Positions 46,791 to 56,354 of a stretch of 64,000 nucleotides of DNA are shown here, piece after piece. Every line of letters begins with the position of its first letter. The stretch's first letter is position 1. A program made the position numbers and the translations under genes. Origin of the DNA: Steroidobacteraceae bacterium (lineage in GTDB: Bacteria > Pseudomonadota > Gammaproteobacteria > Steroidobacterales > Steroidobacteraceae); contig DAINQU010000011.1 of assembly GCA_036742455.1 (NCBI GenBank), positions 14,081 through 78,080 on the forward strand, read 5' to 3'. The notes under the pieces were generated by a model. That model was not told where the DNA came from. It worked only from the letters and a program-made list of their open reading frames with translations, and did not search any database.

Positions 46791-47552
46791 ATGAGCCACG
46801 AATCGCCACTCCCTCTCGCCGGAAAGGTTGCCCTCGTCACCGGGGGCGCGCGCCGCTTGGGCGCCCAAATCGCCCGTACGCTTCACGCGGCGGGCGCGTC
46901 GATCCTGATCCACTACCATCGCTCCGGTGACGAGGCGATCGCGTTGGTGGAGGAACTCAACACGCGAAGACCCGGCTCAGCCGAGCTCGCTTGCGCGGAC
47001 CTGCTGGATGTCTCGCAGTTGCCGGGGCTGGTCGACAAAACGCTCACAACGTTCGGTCAGCTCGACATTCTGATCAACAACGCGTCCAGTTTTTACCCCA
47101 CGCCACTCGGCGAGATCACGCTGCAGGCATTTGACGACCTGTTCGGCACCAACGTGCGGGCGCCTTTGTTCCTGTCCCAAGCCGCCGCTCCGGCCTTGCG
47201 GCGCAGCGAAGGCCTCATCGTCAACTTAGTGGATATCCACGGCTCACGGCCGTTGAAGCGGCACCCCGTTTATTCGTCGGCGAAAGCCGCTTTGAACATG
47301 CTCACCCAGTCCCTGGCCCGGGAACTCGGACCGGAGGTCCGCGTGAATGGCGTCGCGCCGGGTCCTGTCATGTGGCCCGAGGGGCCGATGGATCCGGAGC
47401 TCCAGCATCGGATTCTGGACCGGACTGCGCTCAAGCGCATGGGGTCGGCGGTTGATATCGCCCGAGCCGTGTTGTTTTTCGCCACCAATGCGCCGTACGT
47501 GACCGGACAGATCTTAGCGGTCGACGGAGGCCGCTCGGTGGGCGGCTACTGA
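46791..47552 (+). CDS. pteridine reductase / FolM-like SDR
   Basis: Classical SDR (VALVTGGARRLG, NNAS, YSSAKAAL). It sits beside folK and folB, which is the basis for the pteridine reductase call. Confidence 0.7.
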   Translation: MSHESPLPLAGKVALVTGGARRLGAQIARTLHAAGASILIHYHRSGDEAIALVEELNTRRPGSAELACADLLDVSQLPGLVDKTLTTFGQLDILINNASSFYPTPLGEITLQAFDDLFGTNVRAPLFLSQAAAPALRRSEGLIVNLVDIHGSRPLKRHPVYSSAKAALNMLTQSLARELGPEVRVNGVAPGPVMWPEGPMDPELQHRILDRTALKRMGSAVDIARAVLFFATNAPYVTGQILAVDGGRSVGGY

Positions 47553-48056
47553 ACGGGCGGGCGGGCGGGCGCCGGCCACGGCCACAGGCCGCAAATCATG
47601 TGCCGCTTGGTCAAAACCGGCCCAGAGCGAGGCGATGGACTCGTGGAGTACGGGATGCCGAACCTCGGGCGCAATTTCCGCCAGCGGCGCGAGCATAAAA
47701 GCGCGTTTTAAGAGATCTGGGCGGGGTAGCGTGGCGCCCGGAAAATCGCCCACGACGTCGCCGTACAAAAGCAGGTCAAGGTCCATGCGCCGAGGCGCCC
47801 ATTTCGGCGCGGTGCGGCCGCGCCCGCACGCAGATTCCACCTCGTGTAAGACCGCTAAGAGCTGCTCCAGCGACAGGTCCGTTTCAAAACCCACGACCAA
47901 GTTAATGAAATCGGGTCCTTCGAATCCCACCGCTTGATTGGCATAGGCTTGGGAGACTCTGAGCCCTGGAAAATGAGCCCTTAGTGCGGTCAGCGCCGTG
48001 GTGAGGTTCTCTTCGGGCTCCACATTAGAGCCGGCTGCCACATAAACGGAGCGCAT
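47514..48056 (-). CDS. folK: 2-amino-4-hydroxy-6-hydroxymethyldihydropteridine diphosphokinase
   Basis: VYVAAGSNVEPEENL, WAPRRMDLDLLLYGD, LPRPDLLKRAFMLAPLAEI. Confidence 0.85.
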   Translation of the reverse strand: MRSVYVAAGSNVEPEENLTTALTALRAHFPGLRVSQAYANQAVGFEGPDFINLVVGFETDLSLEQLLAVLHEVESACGRGRTAPKWAPRRMDLDLLLYGDVVGDFPGATLPRPDLLKRAFMLAPLAEIAPEVRHPVLHESIASLWAGFDQAAHDLRPVAVAGARPPARSVAAHRAASVDR

Positions 48057-48058
48057 CT

Positions 48059-48427
48059 CTAGAGACCGAAATCGATGCGAGAGCGCTCAATCATGACGCC
48101 GACATCGCGACTACCGCGCACGGCACCGGGCTTGTTCAGCACAATTTTGACCCACGGCAAACTGAACTCTCGGAGGATCAGGCGTGCGACCTCCTCCGCC
48201 AACGTTTCAACCAGGCCGTAATGACTGGCTTCGACAAAAGCGATGACCGTCTTGGCCACCGACTTGTAGTCCAACGTGTCCGCAATATTGTCGGTCCGCG
48301 CCGCCTGCCGAATGTCGGCTGGGAATTCGAAATCAAAGCTCACGGTCTGGCGGATGGCCCGTTCCCAGTCGTAGATCCCGATCACGGTCTCAATGCGCAG
48401 ATCGCGTAAGAAAATCCGGTCGTTCAT
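48059..48427 (-). CDS. folB: dihydroneopterin aldolase
   Basis: MNDRIFLRDLRIETVIGIYDWERAIRQ and DTLDYKSVAK. The start at 48427 is preferred over the extended ORF. Confidence 0.85.
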   Translation of the reverse strand: MNDRIFLRDLRIETVIGIYDWERAIRQTVSFDFEFPADIRQAARTDNIADTLDYKSVAKTVIAFVEASHYGLVETLAEEVARLILREFSLPWVKIVLNKPGAVRGSRDVGVMIERSRIDFGL

Positions 48428-48495
48428 CGATGCCAATCCCACTAAAGCGCCGTCGAGGGGCTGCACCCTACCAGTGTCGCTCGCGGGTTGCACGA

Positions 48496-49566
48496 TCAGG
48501 CGCCCGGCGGGCGCAAGTCCGTGAGCGACCATCGGGCCCGCGCCATGGGCCCGCCGACCGTTCGCTCGCCCGCTGCTAATCGCGCATGCCCCGCGTAGGC
48601 GATCATGGCGGCATTGTCGGTGCAGTACAGGGGGCGGGGGTACGCCGCGCGAGCACCGTGCATCGCCGCGACGTCGCTCAATCGGGCGCGCAAGCGGACG
48701 TTCGCCCCCACACCCCCGGCCACGACAACGGTCTGTCGACCGGTGGCCTTGAGCGCACGACCCACCTTGGTCGCCAGCGTATCGACCATCGCGTCCTCGA
48801 AGCCGCGCGCTAAATCCGCTCGAGCGACGGGATCATCCCCCGCCTTTTGAAGCGCCAATAAGGCGGCGGTCTTGAGTCCGCTAAAGCTGAAGTCAAATCC
48901 CGGTCGGTCGAGCATCGGGCGAGGAAATTTGTAAATACCCGTGCGACCTTGCTCTGCGAGGCGGGCGAGTTTTGCGCCGCCGGGGTACGTCAATCCCAGC
49001 AATTTTGCTGTTTTATCAAAGGCTTCGCCCGCTGCATCGTCGAGCGATTCACCCAATATTTGGTATTGGCCGACGCCCGCCACATCCACGATCATGGTGT
49101 GCCCCCCCGATACCAGCAGTGCCAGATAGGGGAAGGCCGGCGGATCCGGCTCCAGACGTGGCGCGAGCAAGTGCCCTTCCAGATGGTGGATACCGACGGC
49201 CGGCAGACCCCATGCCGCGGCCACGCTCACCCCCACCAGCGCACCGACCAAGAGCGCCCCGATAAGACCAGGCCCCGCGGTGTACGCAACACCGTGCAAG
49301 TCTTTCGGGCTGGAACCGGCTTCCTGCAGGACGGCCCGCACCATGGGGAGCAGCCGCCGCACGTGGTCGCGCGAGGCCAGTTCCGGCACAACGCCTCCCC
49401 AGACCTCGTGTAGATCCGTTTGGGTATAAACCCGATGCGCCATCAGCCCTTTGGCGCCGTCGTAGACGGCCACAGCCGTCTCGTCGCAGGACGATTCTAT
49501 GGCTAAGACGCGCAGGGGACCCCTCGTCAAAGGGCCTGGATCAGTTGGGTTTTGATTTTCTAGCAC
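48496..49566 (-). CDS. tsaD: tRNA N6-adenosine threonylcarbamoyltransferase
   Basis: [41 protein letters not shown]. The N-terminal ~18 aa may be over-extended. Confidence 0.9.
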   Translation of the reverse strand: MLENQNPTDPGPLTRGPLRVLAIESSCDETAVAVYDGAKGLMAHRVYTQTDLHEVWGGVVPELASRDHVRRLLPMVRAVLQEAGSSPKDLHGVAYTAGPGLIGALLVGALVGVSVAAAWGLPAVGIHHLEGHLLAPRLEPDPPAFPYLALLVSGGHTMIVDVAGVGQYQILGESLDDAAGEAFDKTAKLLGLTYPGGAKLARLAEQGRTGIYKFPRPMLDRPGFDFSFSGLKTAALLALQKAGDDPVARADLARGFEDAMVDTLATKVGRALKATGRQTVVVAGGVGANVRLRARLSDVAAMHGARAAYPRPLYCTDNAAMIAYAGHARLAAGERTVGGPMARARWSLTDLRPPGA

Positions 49567-49638
49567 AACCTACGTAGACTAACCGGCTCTGCGCCCGACT
49601 GGTAGTCGGGACACACACTCGATTAAAGGTCGATCTCA

Positions 49639-49848
49639 ATGCCGAGCGTACGTATCCGCGAGAACGAATACTTCGATGCCGCCCTGCGCCGCTTCAAGCG
49701 CGCCTGCGAAAAGGCAGGCGTCCTCACGGAGCTTCGCCGCCGCGAATTCTACGAAAAGCCCACGCAGGAGCGTAAGCGCAAGAAGGCGGCTGCGGTAAAG
49801 CGCCACCTGAAGCGCGTGTCCCGCGAAGGCATGCGCGCGCCCCGTTGA
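49639..49848 (+). CDS. rpsU: 30S ribosomal protein S21
   Basis: [48 protein letters not shown]. Confidence 0.95.
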   Translation: MPSVRIRENEYFDAALRRFKRACEKAGVLTELRRREFYEKPTQERKRKKAAAVKRHLKRVSREGMRAPR

Positions 49849-49858
49849 GGGCACTCCG

Positions 49859-50305
49859 ATGACGCTGCGCGAACGCATCACCGAAGACATGAAGACGGCG
49901 ATGCGCTCCGGCGACAAAGATCGCCTGGGGCTCATCCGTATGCTTCAGGCTGCGATCAAACAGCGCGAAGTCGACGAGCGGATTACGCTTGACGATGCGC
50001 AGACGCTGTCCGTCATCGAAAAGATGGTGAAACAGCGTCGTGAGTCGGTGACTCAGTTTGAGGCGGGTGGTCGTGCCGACCTCGCCGCGAAGGAGAACGC
50101 CGAAATCGGCGTTCTTGCCACATACCTCCCCACTCAGCTGGACACGGCCGAAATCGATGCGTTGGTGCAAGCCGCCATCGCGGAATCCGGTGCCGCGTCC
50201 GTGAAAGACATGGGGAAGGTCATGGCGATTGTGAAGGGCAAGGCCGCGGGTCGTGCCGACATGGGCGCCGTTGGCGCGCGCGTCAAGGCACTGCTCGGCG
50301 GCTGA
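49859..50305 (+). CDS. GatB/YqeY domain protein
   Basis: LRERITEDMKTAMRSGDKDRL ... KDMGKVMAIVKGKAAGRADMG. Conserved position between rpsU and dnaG. Confidence 0.85.
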   Translation: MTLRERITEDMKTAMRSGDKDRLGLIRMLQAAIKQREVDERITLDDAQTLSVIEKMVKQRRESVTQFEAGGRADLAAKENAEIGVLATYLPTQLDTAEIDALVQAAIAESGAASVKDMGKVMAIVKGKAAGRADMGAVGARVKALLGG

Positions 50306-50326
50306 CGCGCCTAGCCAGGGACCGCC

Positions 50327-52120
50327 ATGTCAGGCCGGATCCCCAAGTCCTTCATTGATGAGCTTATTGCCCGCACCGATATCGTTGAGGTGATCGGGAG
50401 TCGCGTGCCGTTGAAGAAAGCGGGACGCGAATGGAAGGCCTGCTGCCCCTTCCACGGCGAGAAAACACCCTCGTTCACTGTCTCGCAACAGAAACAGTTC
50501 TATCACTGTTTTGGTTGCGGCTTGCACGGCACCGCGCTGACTTTCCTGATGGAACATGACCACCTTCCCTTTCCGGAGGCGGTCGAAGATCTCGCCGGTC
50601 GATTGGGCCTCGAAGTGCCGCGGGAAGGCGGCAGCACAGAAGGCCCAGAACGCCATTTGGACGATCTCTACGCCCTTATGGCCTCGGCCGATCAGCATTT
50701 CCGCGATGCCCTGCGAGATTCGGACCGGGCAAAAGACTATTTGAAGATGCGCGGCTTGGTCGGTGAAACCGCGGCTCGTTATCACCTCGGCTATGCGCCG
50801 GCGGGATGGGAGGCCATTCTTAAGAAGTTTGGCTCCACGGACGCCGGCAAGCAGGCGCTACTGACGACCGGGCTGGTGATTGAGCGCAACGCCGATGCGC
50901 AGCGTAATCAGGGACCGGGTTATTACGATCGATTTCGCGACCGCATCATGTTCCCCATACGAGACGCCCGCGGCCGTGTCGTCGGCTTCGGCGGTCGGGT
51001 TTTGGATCAAGGCGAGCCCAAATACTTAAATTCTCCCGAGACACCGCTGTTCCATAAGGGTCGTGAACTCTATGGGCTGTACGAGGCGCGTCAGGAACTT
51101 CGGCAGATTGATCGATTGTTGGTCGTGGAAGGGTATATGGACGTGGTGCGCCTCGCGCAGGCCGGCATCCACTACGCCGTCGCGACACTCGGGACGGCCA
51201 CGACCCCAGAGCATTTGAACCGCCTCTTTCGCGTGACGGGAGACGTCGTCTTCGCTTTTGACGGCGACCGTGCGGGACGCCAAGCCGCGTGGCGCGCGCT
51301 CGAGACCTGCCTGCCTTTCGCCAAGGACGGCAAGCGCATTCAATTCCTATTTTTGCCGGACGGTCACGATCCAGACTCACTGGTCGCCAGCGAAGGACGC
51401 GAGGCGTTTGAGGCCCGGGTCGCCTCCGCGACGCCGCTCTCCGAGTACTTAGTACAGCATCTCATGGTCGACATTGACCTGAGCAGTGTGGACGGACGTG
51501 CGCGCCTCGCGGAGATCGGCCGACCTTTGCTGCAGAAGGTGCCTGACGGCGTCTATCGGGAGCTGTTGATCGACCGCCTGGCGCGTGAGGTTCGAATGAG
51601 TGGACCTCGTCTGGCCAACTTGTTGGGCCTTGGCGGCGGCCCGGCAACACCCGTCATTGATATGACGCGCCGACCGCGACCGATTACCGGACGCGGTTCG
51701 TTGCTGAGTCAGGCGCTGGCTTACGTGCTGCAGTACCCGTCTGCCGCAGCGGCGGTGAAGGACCCCGAGTCATTGCGCTTAGGTGGAGAGCGCGGTCTTG
51801 AGGTTCTTGCCGAAATCATCGAGATGCTGCACGAGTCACCGAAACTCTCGACGGCGCAATTGGTCGAACGGTGGCGGGATCGGCCCGAACACGGGCGCCT
51901 AACCGCTCTGGCCTCCCAGGTGCTGCCCGATCTGCCCAGCGAAGCCGCGCAGCGCGAATTTATCTCGGCGGTGGAGCGACTGGCACGCGAAGCAGGGCCA
52001 GAGCGTCGCGTCGATGAATTGATTCAGAAGGCATCGGATAGCGGTCTTTCTGACGATGAAAAACAGGAACTTAGAGAATTACAGGCGCGCATGCGCCCGG
52101 CGGCGAAGCCGCCACGGTGA
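50327..52120 (+). CDS. dnaG: DNA primase
   Basis: Zinc-ribbon CCPFHGEKTPSFTVSQQKQFYHCFGCGLHG. TOPRIM region VVEGYMDVV...FDGDRAG. Confidence 0.9.
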   Translation: MSGRIPKSFIDELIARTDIVEVIGSRVPLKKAGREWKACCPFHGEKTPSFTVSQQKQFYHCFGCGLHGTALTFLMEHDHLPFPEAVEDLAGRLGLEVPREGGSTEGPERHLDDLYALMASADQHFRDALRDSDRAKDYLKMRGLVGETAARYHLGYAPAGWEAILKKFGSTDAGKQALLTTGLVIERNADAQRNQGPGYYDRFRDRIMFPIRDARGRVVGFGGRVLDQGEPKYLNSPETPLFHKGRELYGLYEARQELRQIDRLLVVEGYMDVVRLAQAGIHYAVATLGTATTPEHLNRLFRVTGDVVFAFDGDRAGRQAAWRALETCLPFAKDGKRIQFLFLPDGHDPDSLVASEGREAFEARVASATPLSEYLVQHLMVDIDLSSVDGRARLAEIGRPLLQKVPDGVYRELLIDRLAREVRMSGPRLANLLGLGGGPATPVIDMTRRPRPITGRGSLLSQALAYVLQYPSAAAAVKDPESLRLGGERGLEVLAEIIEMLHESPKLSTAQLVERWRDRPEHGRLTALASQVLPDLPSEAAQREFISAVERLAREAGPERRVDELIQKASDSGLSDDEKQELRELQARMRPAAKPPR

Positions 52121-52243
52121 TCGACGTGCCGACGGACGGCATGATTCTTGACAAGCCCCTGATTGCGCTCGAAAACCTTGGGAAATGAGCGCGTCCGGTG
52201 TAAACTAACAGGCTATTTGTCTGCATCCCCTAGGGGTCATCCC

Positions 52244-54115
52244 TTGAGCGAAAAGAAATCTGCGGCGCCACTTTCGAGCGTCCCCGACGAGCGTCAATCC
52301 CAGCTCAAGCTACTCATCGCGAAAGGCAAAGAGCAGGGCTTCCTGACCTACGGTGAAGTCAACGATCACCTGCCGAGCGAGATCGTCGATCCTGAACAGA
52401 TCGAAGATATCGTAAACATGATCAACGACATGGGTATTCCGGTGTACGAAAAGGCACCGGACGCCGAGTCATTGATTTTGGCAGACGGTCCTGTTGCGAC
52501 GGATGACGAAGCCGTTGAAGAAGCGGCAGCCGCACTGGCGACCGTTGATGCGGAATTTGGTCGCACCACGGACCCCGTGCGCATGTACATGCGCGAAATG
52601 GGTACCGTGGAGTTGCTCACTCGCGAGGGCGAGATTCGCATCGCCAAGCGCATTGAGGAAGGTCTCGACGCCGTTCGGTCAGCGCTGGCCAACTTCCCGT
52701 CAACGTATGACCACATTCTGGGCGCTTATGAACCGGTGAAGGGCGGTCAGGGCCGATTGGCCGACATCATCGTCGGCTTCGTTGACCCCAATGCACCGGA
52801 TGAAATTGCGCAGCCGCAGAATCCGAAACTCCTCGCCGCCGACAAAGCGGAATCCGAGGATGAGGATGAAGAGGGTGAGGACGAGGAAGGGTTGGAGAGC
52901 GGTCCGGATCCGGAAGAGGCCGCGCGCCGCTTTTTGGCGATCCAGAAGCTCCACGTGCAGATTACCAAGGCTTTGGACGGCACGACGCCCAAGGATCCGA
53001 AGGTCGTTAAGTTGCGCAAGAAGCTGCAGGAACAGTTCATGGAACTGAAACTGTCGCCGAAGATGTTCGAAGCGCTCATCGACAATCTGCGCAATCAAGT
53101 CGCGACCATTCGCGGGCTTGAGAAAGAAATCATGACCGTCTGCATCAAGCAGGCCGGTATGCCGCGTAAGGACTTCATCGCGGTCTTCCCAAAGAATGAG
53201 ACCAATCCGGACTGGATCGACAAGCAGGTTAAGCTGAAGCGCAAGCATTCAGCCGCCCTGGCGCGACTCAAGCCCGAAGTCGTCGCGCGGCAGCAATCGA
53301 TTCTCGACCTTGAGAAGACGCTCCATCTGAAGATTCACGAGATCAAAGAGATCAATCGTGAAGTCGCTGTCGGCGAAGCTCAGGCCCGTCGCGCGAAGAA
53401 GGAAATGGTCGAGGCCAACTTACGCCTCGTGATTTCGATCGCAAAGAAATACACAAACCGTGGTTTGCAGTTCTTGGATCTGATTCAGGAAGGCAATATC
53501 GGTTTGATGAAGGCCGTCGACAAGTTTGAATATCGCCGCGGCTACAAATTCTCGACATACGCCACGTGGTGGATTCGACAGGCCATCACGCGATCAATTG
53601 CTGACCAAGCTCGGACCATTCGCATCCCGGTTCATATGATCGAGACGATCAACAAGCTGAACCGGATCTCCCGGCAGATGCTGCAGGAAATGGGACGCGA
53701 ACCGACGCCGGATGAGTTGGCTGTGCGCATGGAAATGCCGGAAGACAAGGTGCGCAAAGTTCTCAAAATCGCCAAGGAGCCCATCTCGATGGAGACGCCC
53801 ATTGGTGACGACGAGGATTCGCATCTCGGCGACTTCATCGAAGATTCGTCCGTGCAATCACCGTTAGAGTCGGCGACGATGGAGAGCCTGCGAGAAACAA
53901 CGCACGCGGTTCTGGCGCAGCTGACGCCGCGGGAAGCCAAAGTGCTCCGTATGCGTTTTGGCATCGACCTGAATACCGACCACACCTTGGAAGAGGTGGG
54001 TAAGCAGTTTGATGTGACGCGTGAGCGTATTCGGCAGATCGAAGCGAAGGCGCTGCGCAAGCTGCGTCACCCAAGCCGCTCGGAACAGCTGCGAAGCTTC
54101 TTGATGGAGGAGTAA
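52244..54115 (+). CDS. rpoD: RNA polymerase sigma factor RpoD (sigma70)
   Basis: Region 1.1 ([25 protein letters not shown]), an acidic insert, region 2 ([52 protein letters not shown]) and region 4.2. Start is uncertain: TTG at 52244 was chosen, and TTG at 52163 is also in frame. Confidence 0.9.
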   Translation: MSEKKSAAPLSSVPDERQSQLKLLIAKGKEQGFLTYGEVNDHLPSEIVDPEQIEDIVNMINDMGIPVYEKAPDAESLILADGPVATDDEAVEEAAAALATVDAEFGRTTDPVRMYMREMGTVELLTREGEIRIAKRIEEGLDAVRSALANFPSTYDHILGAYEPVKGGQGRLADIIVGFVDPNAPDEIAQPQNPKLLAADKAESEDEDEEGEDEEGLESGPDPEEAARRFLAIQKLHVQITKALDGTTPKDPKVVKLRKKLQEQFMELKLSPKMFEALIDNLRNQVATIRGLEKEIMTVCIKQAGMPRKDFIAVFPKNETNPDWIDKQVKLKRKHSAALARLKPEVVARQQSILDLEKTLHLKIHEIKEINREVAVGEAQARRAKKEMVEANLRLVISIAKKYTNRGLQFLDLIQEGNIGLMKAVDKFEYRRGYKFSTYATWWIRQAITRSIADQARTIRIPVHMIETINKLNRISRQMLQEMGREPTPDELAVRMEMPEDKVRKVLKIAKEPISMETPIGDDEDSHLGDFIEDSSVQSPLESATMESLRETTHAVLAQLTPREAKVLRMRFGIDLNTDHTLEEVGKQFDVTRERIRQIEAKALRKLRHPSRSEQLRSFLMEE

Positions 54116-54122
54116 TCCTCCG

Positions 54123-54452
54123 TCAGGAGGCGGCCCAGAGGCGCAGCGCCGCGTACACCGCGGCGCCTGCCGCCATCGAACCGAGCATGCCTCGAGTGCG
54201 CCAAGCCATTGCAATGGCCACGACCGCAGCGGCCACTCGGGGATTCCAGACGGTAAAACCCGCCACAGACGGGTCCACGAAGAGTGTCGGCGCAATGATG
54301 GCGGCGAGTGCCGCCGCCGGCGCATGGCGTAGAGCGCCCTCCACGGCGGGTGGCAACGACAGTTTTGCGCCAAATAAGAGGAAACTGGAGCGGGCCAGTA
54401 CCCCTGTAAGGCCGATACCCACCGTAGCAAGCCAAAATGAGCCGGATGCCAT
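54123..54452 (-). CDS. azlD: AzlD-family branched-chain amino acid transport protein
   Basis: Small hydrophobic protein starting MASGSFWLATVGIGLTGVLARSSFLLFG. ATGA overlap with the azlC stop. Confidence 0.75.
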   Translation of the reverse strand: MASGSFWLATVGIGLTGVLARSSFLLFGAKLSLPPAVEGALRHAPAAALAAIIAPTLFVDPSVAGFTVWNPRVAAAVVAIAMAWRTRGMLGSMAAGAAVYAALRLWAAS

Positions 54453-55168
54453 CACGTTGCTTCCCGATGGGTGGAGTCTTGATCGGCCCAAACCGCAGTC
54501 ACGATACCCGCGACAATCGCCACGAGCACACCAACGCGGTACGGAAGGCCCCGGAGCGTCAGACTGACGCCGGCGGCAACGATGGCGCCTATAAGGGACG
54601 GCCTACGCGCCAACATCGGCACTAACAGTGCGAGCAGCGCGAGCGTACCGGCGAAATCCAAGCCCCACCGGGCCGGTATCACCGCAGCAGCGAAGATGCC
54701 GACCGTACACGCCACGTGCCAGGTAAGCCCGACCGCGACGGACAACCCGAAGTAATAATTTGCCCGGTATGGCGCTGCAAAGAGTGACGGTCCTTGGCGA
54801 AGGAATAGAACGAACCCAATGTCGGAGACGAGATAGCTCGCAGCGACGCGTGGCAGTAGCGGTAACGACCGCAGATGCGGCGTGAGCCCGGCGCTGTAAA
54901 TAATAAAGCGTAGGTTGACCATCAGCGCCGACACAATTGGCAATGCGATGGGGGCACTCGACACGAGAAAAGGCAGAGCAGCCAATTGGGCCGCGCCTGC
55001 ATACCCGATGAGCCCTAAGCCGACCGCTTCCCGCGTCGAGAGCCCGCTCGTTGCCATGGCGACGCCTGTCACCAATGCCCAGGCGATCATCCCCGGGGCT
55101 AGGGGCAGGAAATCCCGAACACCCGCCCATGCCGCCGATCGAGGCGTTGAAAGTTCGCCGGGAGTCAC
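54452..55168 (-). CDS. azlC: AzlC-family branched-chain amino acid transport protein
   Basis: Polytopic membrane protein with AzlC-like segments (GYAGAAQLAAL, NLRFIIYSAGL). It pairs with azlD. Confidence 0.8.
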   Translation of the reverse strand: MTPGELSTPRSAAWAGVRDFLPLAPGMIAWALVTGVAMATSGLSTREAVGLGLIGYAGAAQLAALPFLVSSAPIALPIVSALMVNLRFIIYSAGLTPHLRSLPLLPRVAASYLVSDIGFVLFLRQGPSLFAAPYRANYYFGLSVAVGLTWHVACTVGIFAAAVIPARWGLDFAGTLALLALLVPMLARRPSLIGAIVAAGVSLTLRGLPYRVGVLVAIVAGIVTAVWADQDSTHREAT

Positions 55169-56238
55169 TCAGCCGCTGGCGCGGGCACGTCCCGCGTCCA
55201 CCCAAAGGTATCGGGACTCCGCCGCTCTTGAATCGCCAGTAATGACTCTCTCAATTCCCGCGCCACCACGTCCACATTCTGCGGCATGAATTCACGGCCG
55301 TCTGAATCACCGAGAACGGCGATGGGAGCGACGATCGCTGCGGTACCGCAGGCAAATACTTCGCTGCACTCTCCATTCTGTATCTGCGCCAACAAATCAT
55401 CGATCGGCATCGGTCGCTCGACGACCGTTTTACCCATTGCGCGTGCCAGCGTAATCAGCGAATCGCGCGTAATGCCTGGCAGGATTGCGCCATCCAGCTC
55501 GGGCGTATGCAACTCTCCGTTAACGACCGCAAAGACATTCATCCCCGACAACTCTTGAATGTATCGATGCTCCGCGCCATCCAACCACATCGCGATGGTG
55601 TAGCCGCGGGACAGCGACTGGTTGGATGCCCGTAACGATGCCGCGTAATTTGCCGACGCTTTTGCGACACCCACACCACCTACAGCGGCTCGCACATCGC
55701 GACGCTCGATCGCTACGCGCATGGGTCCGCTGGCATAAGCTTCGACAGGATTCGCGATCACCATAAATCGGAAGGTGTTCGAATTGCGGAGTAGATAGCC
55801 AGGCTCAGTGCCGAACAGAAACGGACGCAAATACAACGAGCGGCCGCCGCCGGTAGGGACGAAGTCAGCCATCGCTCCCGCTACCGCGTTGACGCCTTCT
55901 AAGAACAGATCTTCCGGTACGACCGGCATCGCCAGTCGCTGCGCGGACCACGCCAATCGTCGGCAATTGTCTAGGGGCCGGAAGAGATTCGGCAATGCCG
56001 CACCCGCGCGATAGGCCTTCATCCCTTCAAAGACAAATTCACCGTAGTGCAGCGCGCGCGCACCCGGGGCGATTTCAATCGGGCCGTACGGCAACAACTC
56101 GCCACGACCCCACTGTCCGTCGGCGTAGTCGACCGAATACATCACGGGCGCCAGCACAAGGCCAAATCCGAGTTTCTCCGGTAGAGAGAAATTGGCGAGT
56201 GCCGAGGCCACGTCGGGTGAAGTCGTATAACTCGTCAT
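55165..56238 (-). CDS. ilvE: branched-chain amino acid aminotransferase (class IV, long form)
   Basis: FEGMKAYR, LYLRPFLFGTEP, GVGVAKASANY, ELSGMNVF, ILPGITRDS. ATGA overlap with the azlC start. Confidence 0.85.
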   Translation of the reverse strand: MTSYTTSPDVASALANFSLPEKLGFGLVLAPVMYSVDYADGQWGRGELLPYGPIEIAPGARALHYGEFVFEGMKAYRAGAALPNLFRPLDNCRRLAWSAQRLAMPVVPEDLFLEGVNAVAGAMADFVPTGGGRSLYLRPFLFGTEPGYLLRNSNTFRFMVIANPVEAYASGPMRVAIERRDVRAAVGGVGVAKASANYAASLRASNQSLSRGYTIAMWLDGAEHRYIQELSGMNVFAVVNGELHTPELDGAILPGITRDSLITLARAMGKTVVERPMPIDDLLAQIQNGECSEVFACGTAAIVAPIAVLGDSDGREFMPQNVDVVARELRESLLAIQERRSPDTFGWTRDVPAPAAE

Positions 56239-56354
56239 GAAGTTCGCCTCAAAGAGTAAGTAACTGCTCATCGAACCGATTGCCTGTAACGGTCGAAGCT
56301 GACTGTCTCAACACGATGCCGCCCGGCTTAACCACGGGTTCCGCCACATACAGA

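Noticed and set aside
52700-53248. 182-aa and other minus-strand ORFs inside rpoD
   Set aside because: They run antisense to the unmistakable sigma70 gene and are considered shadow ORFs.
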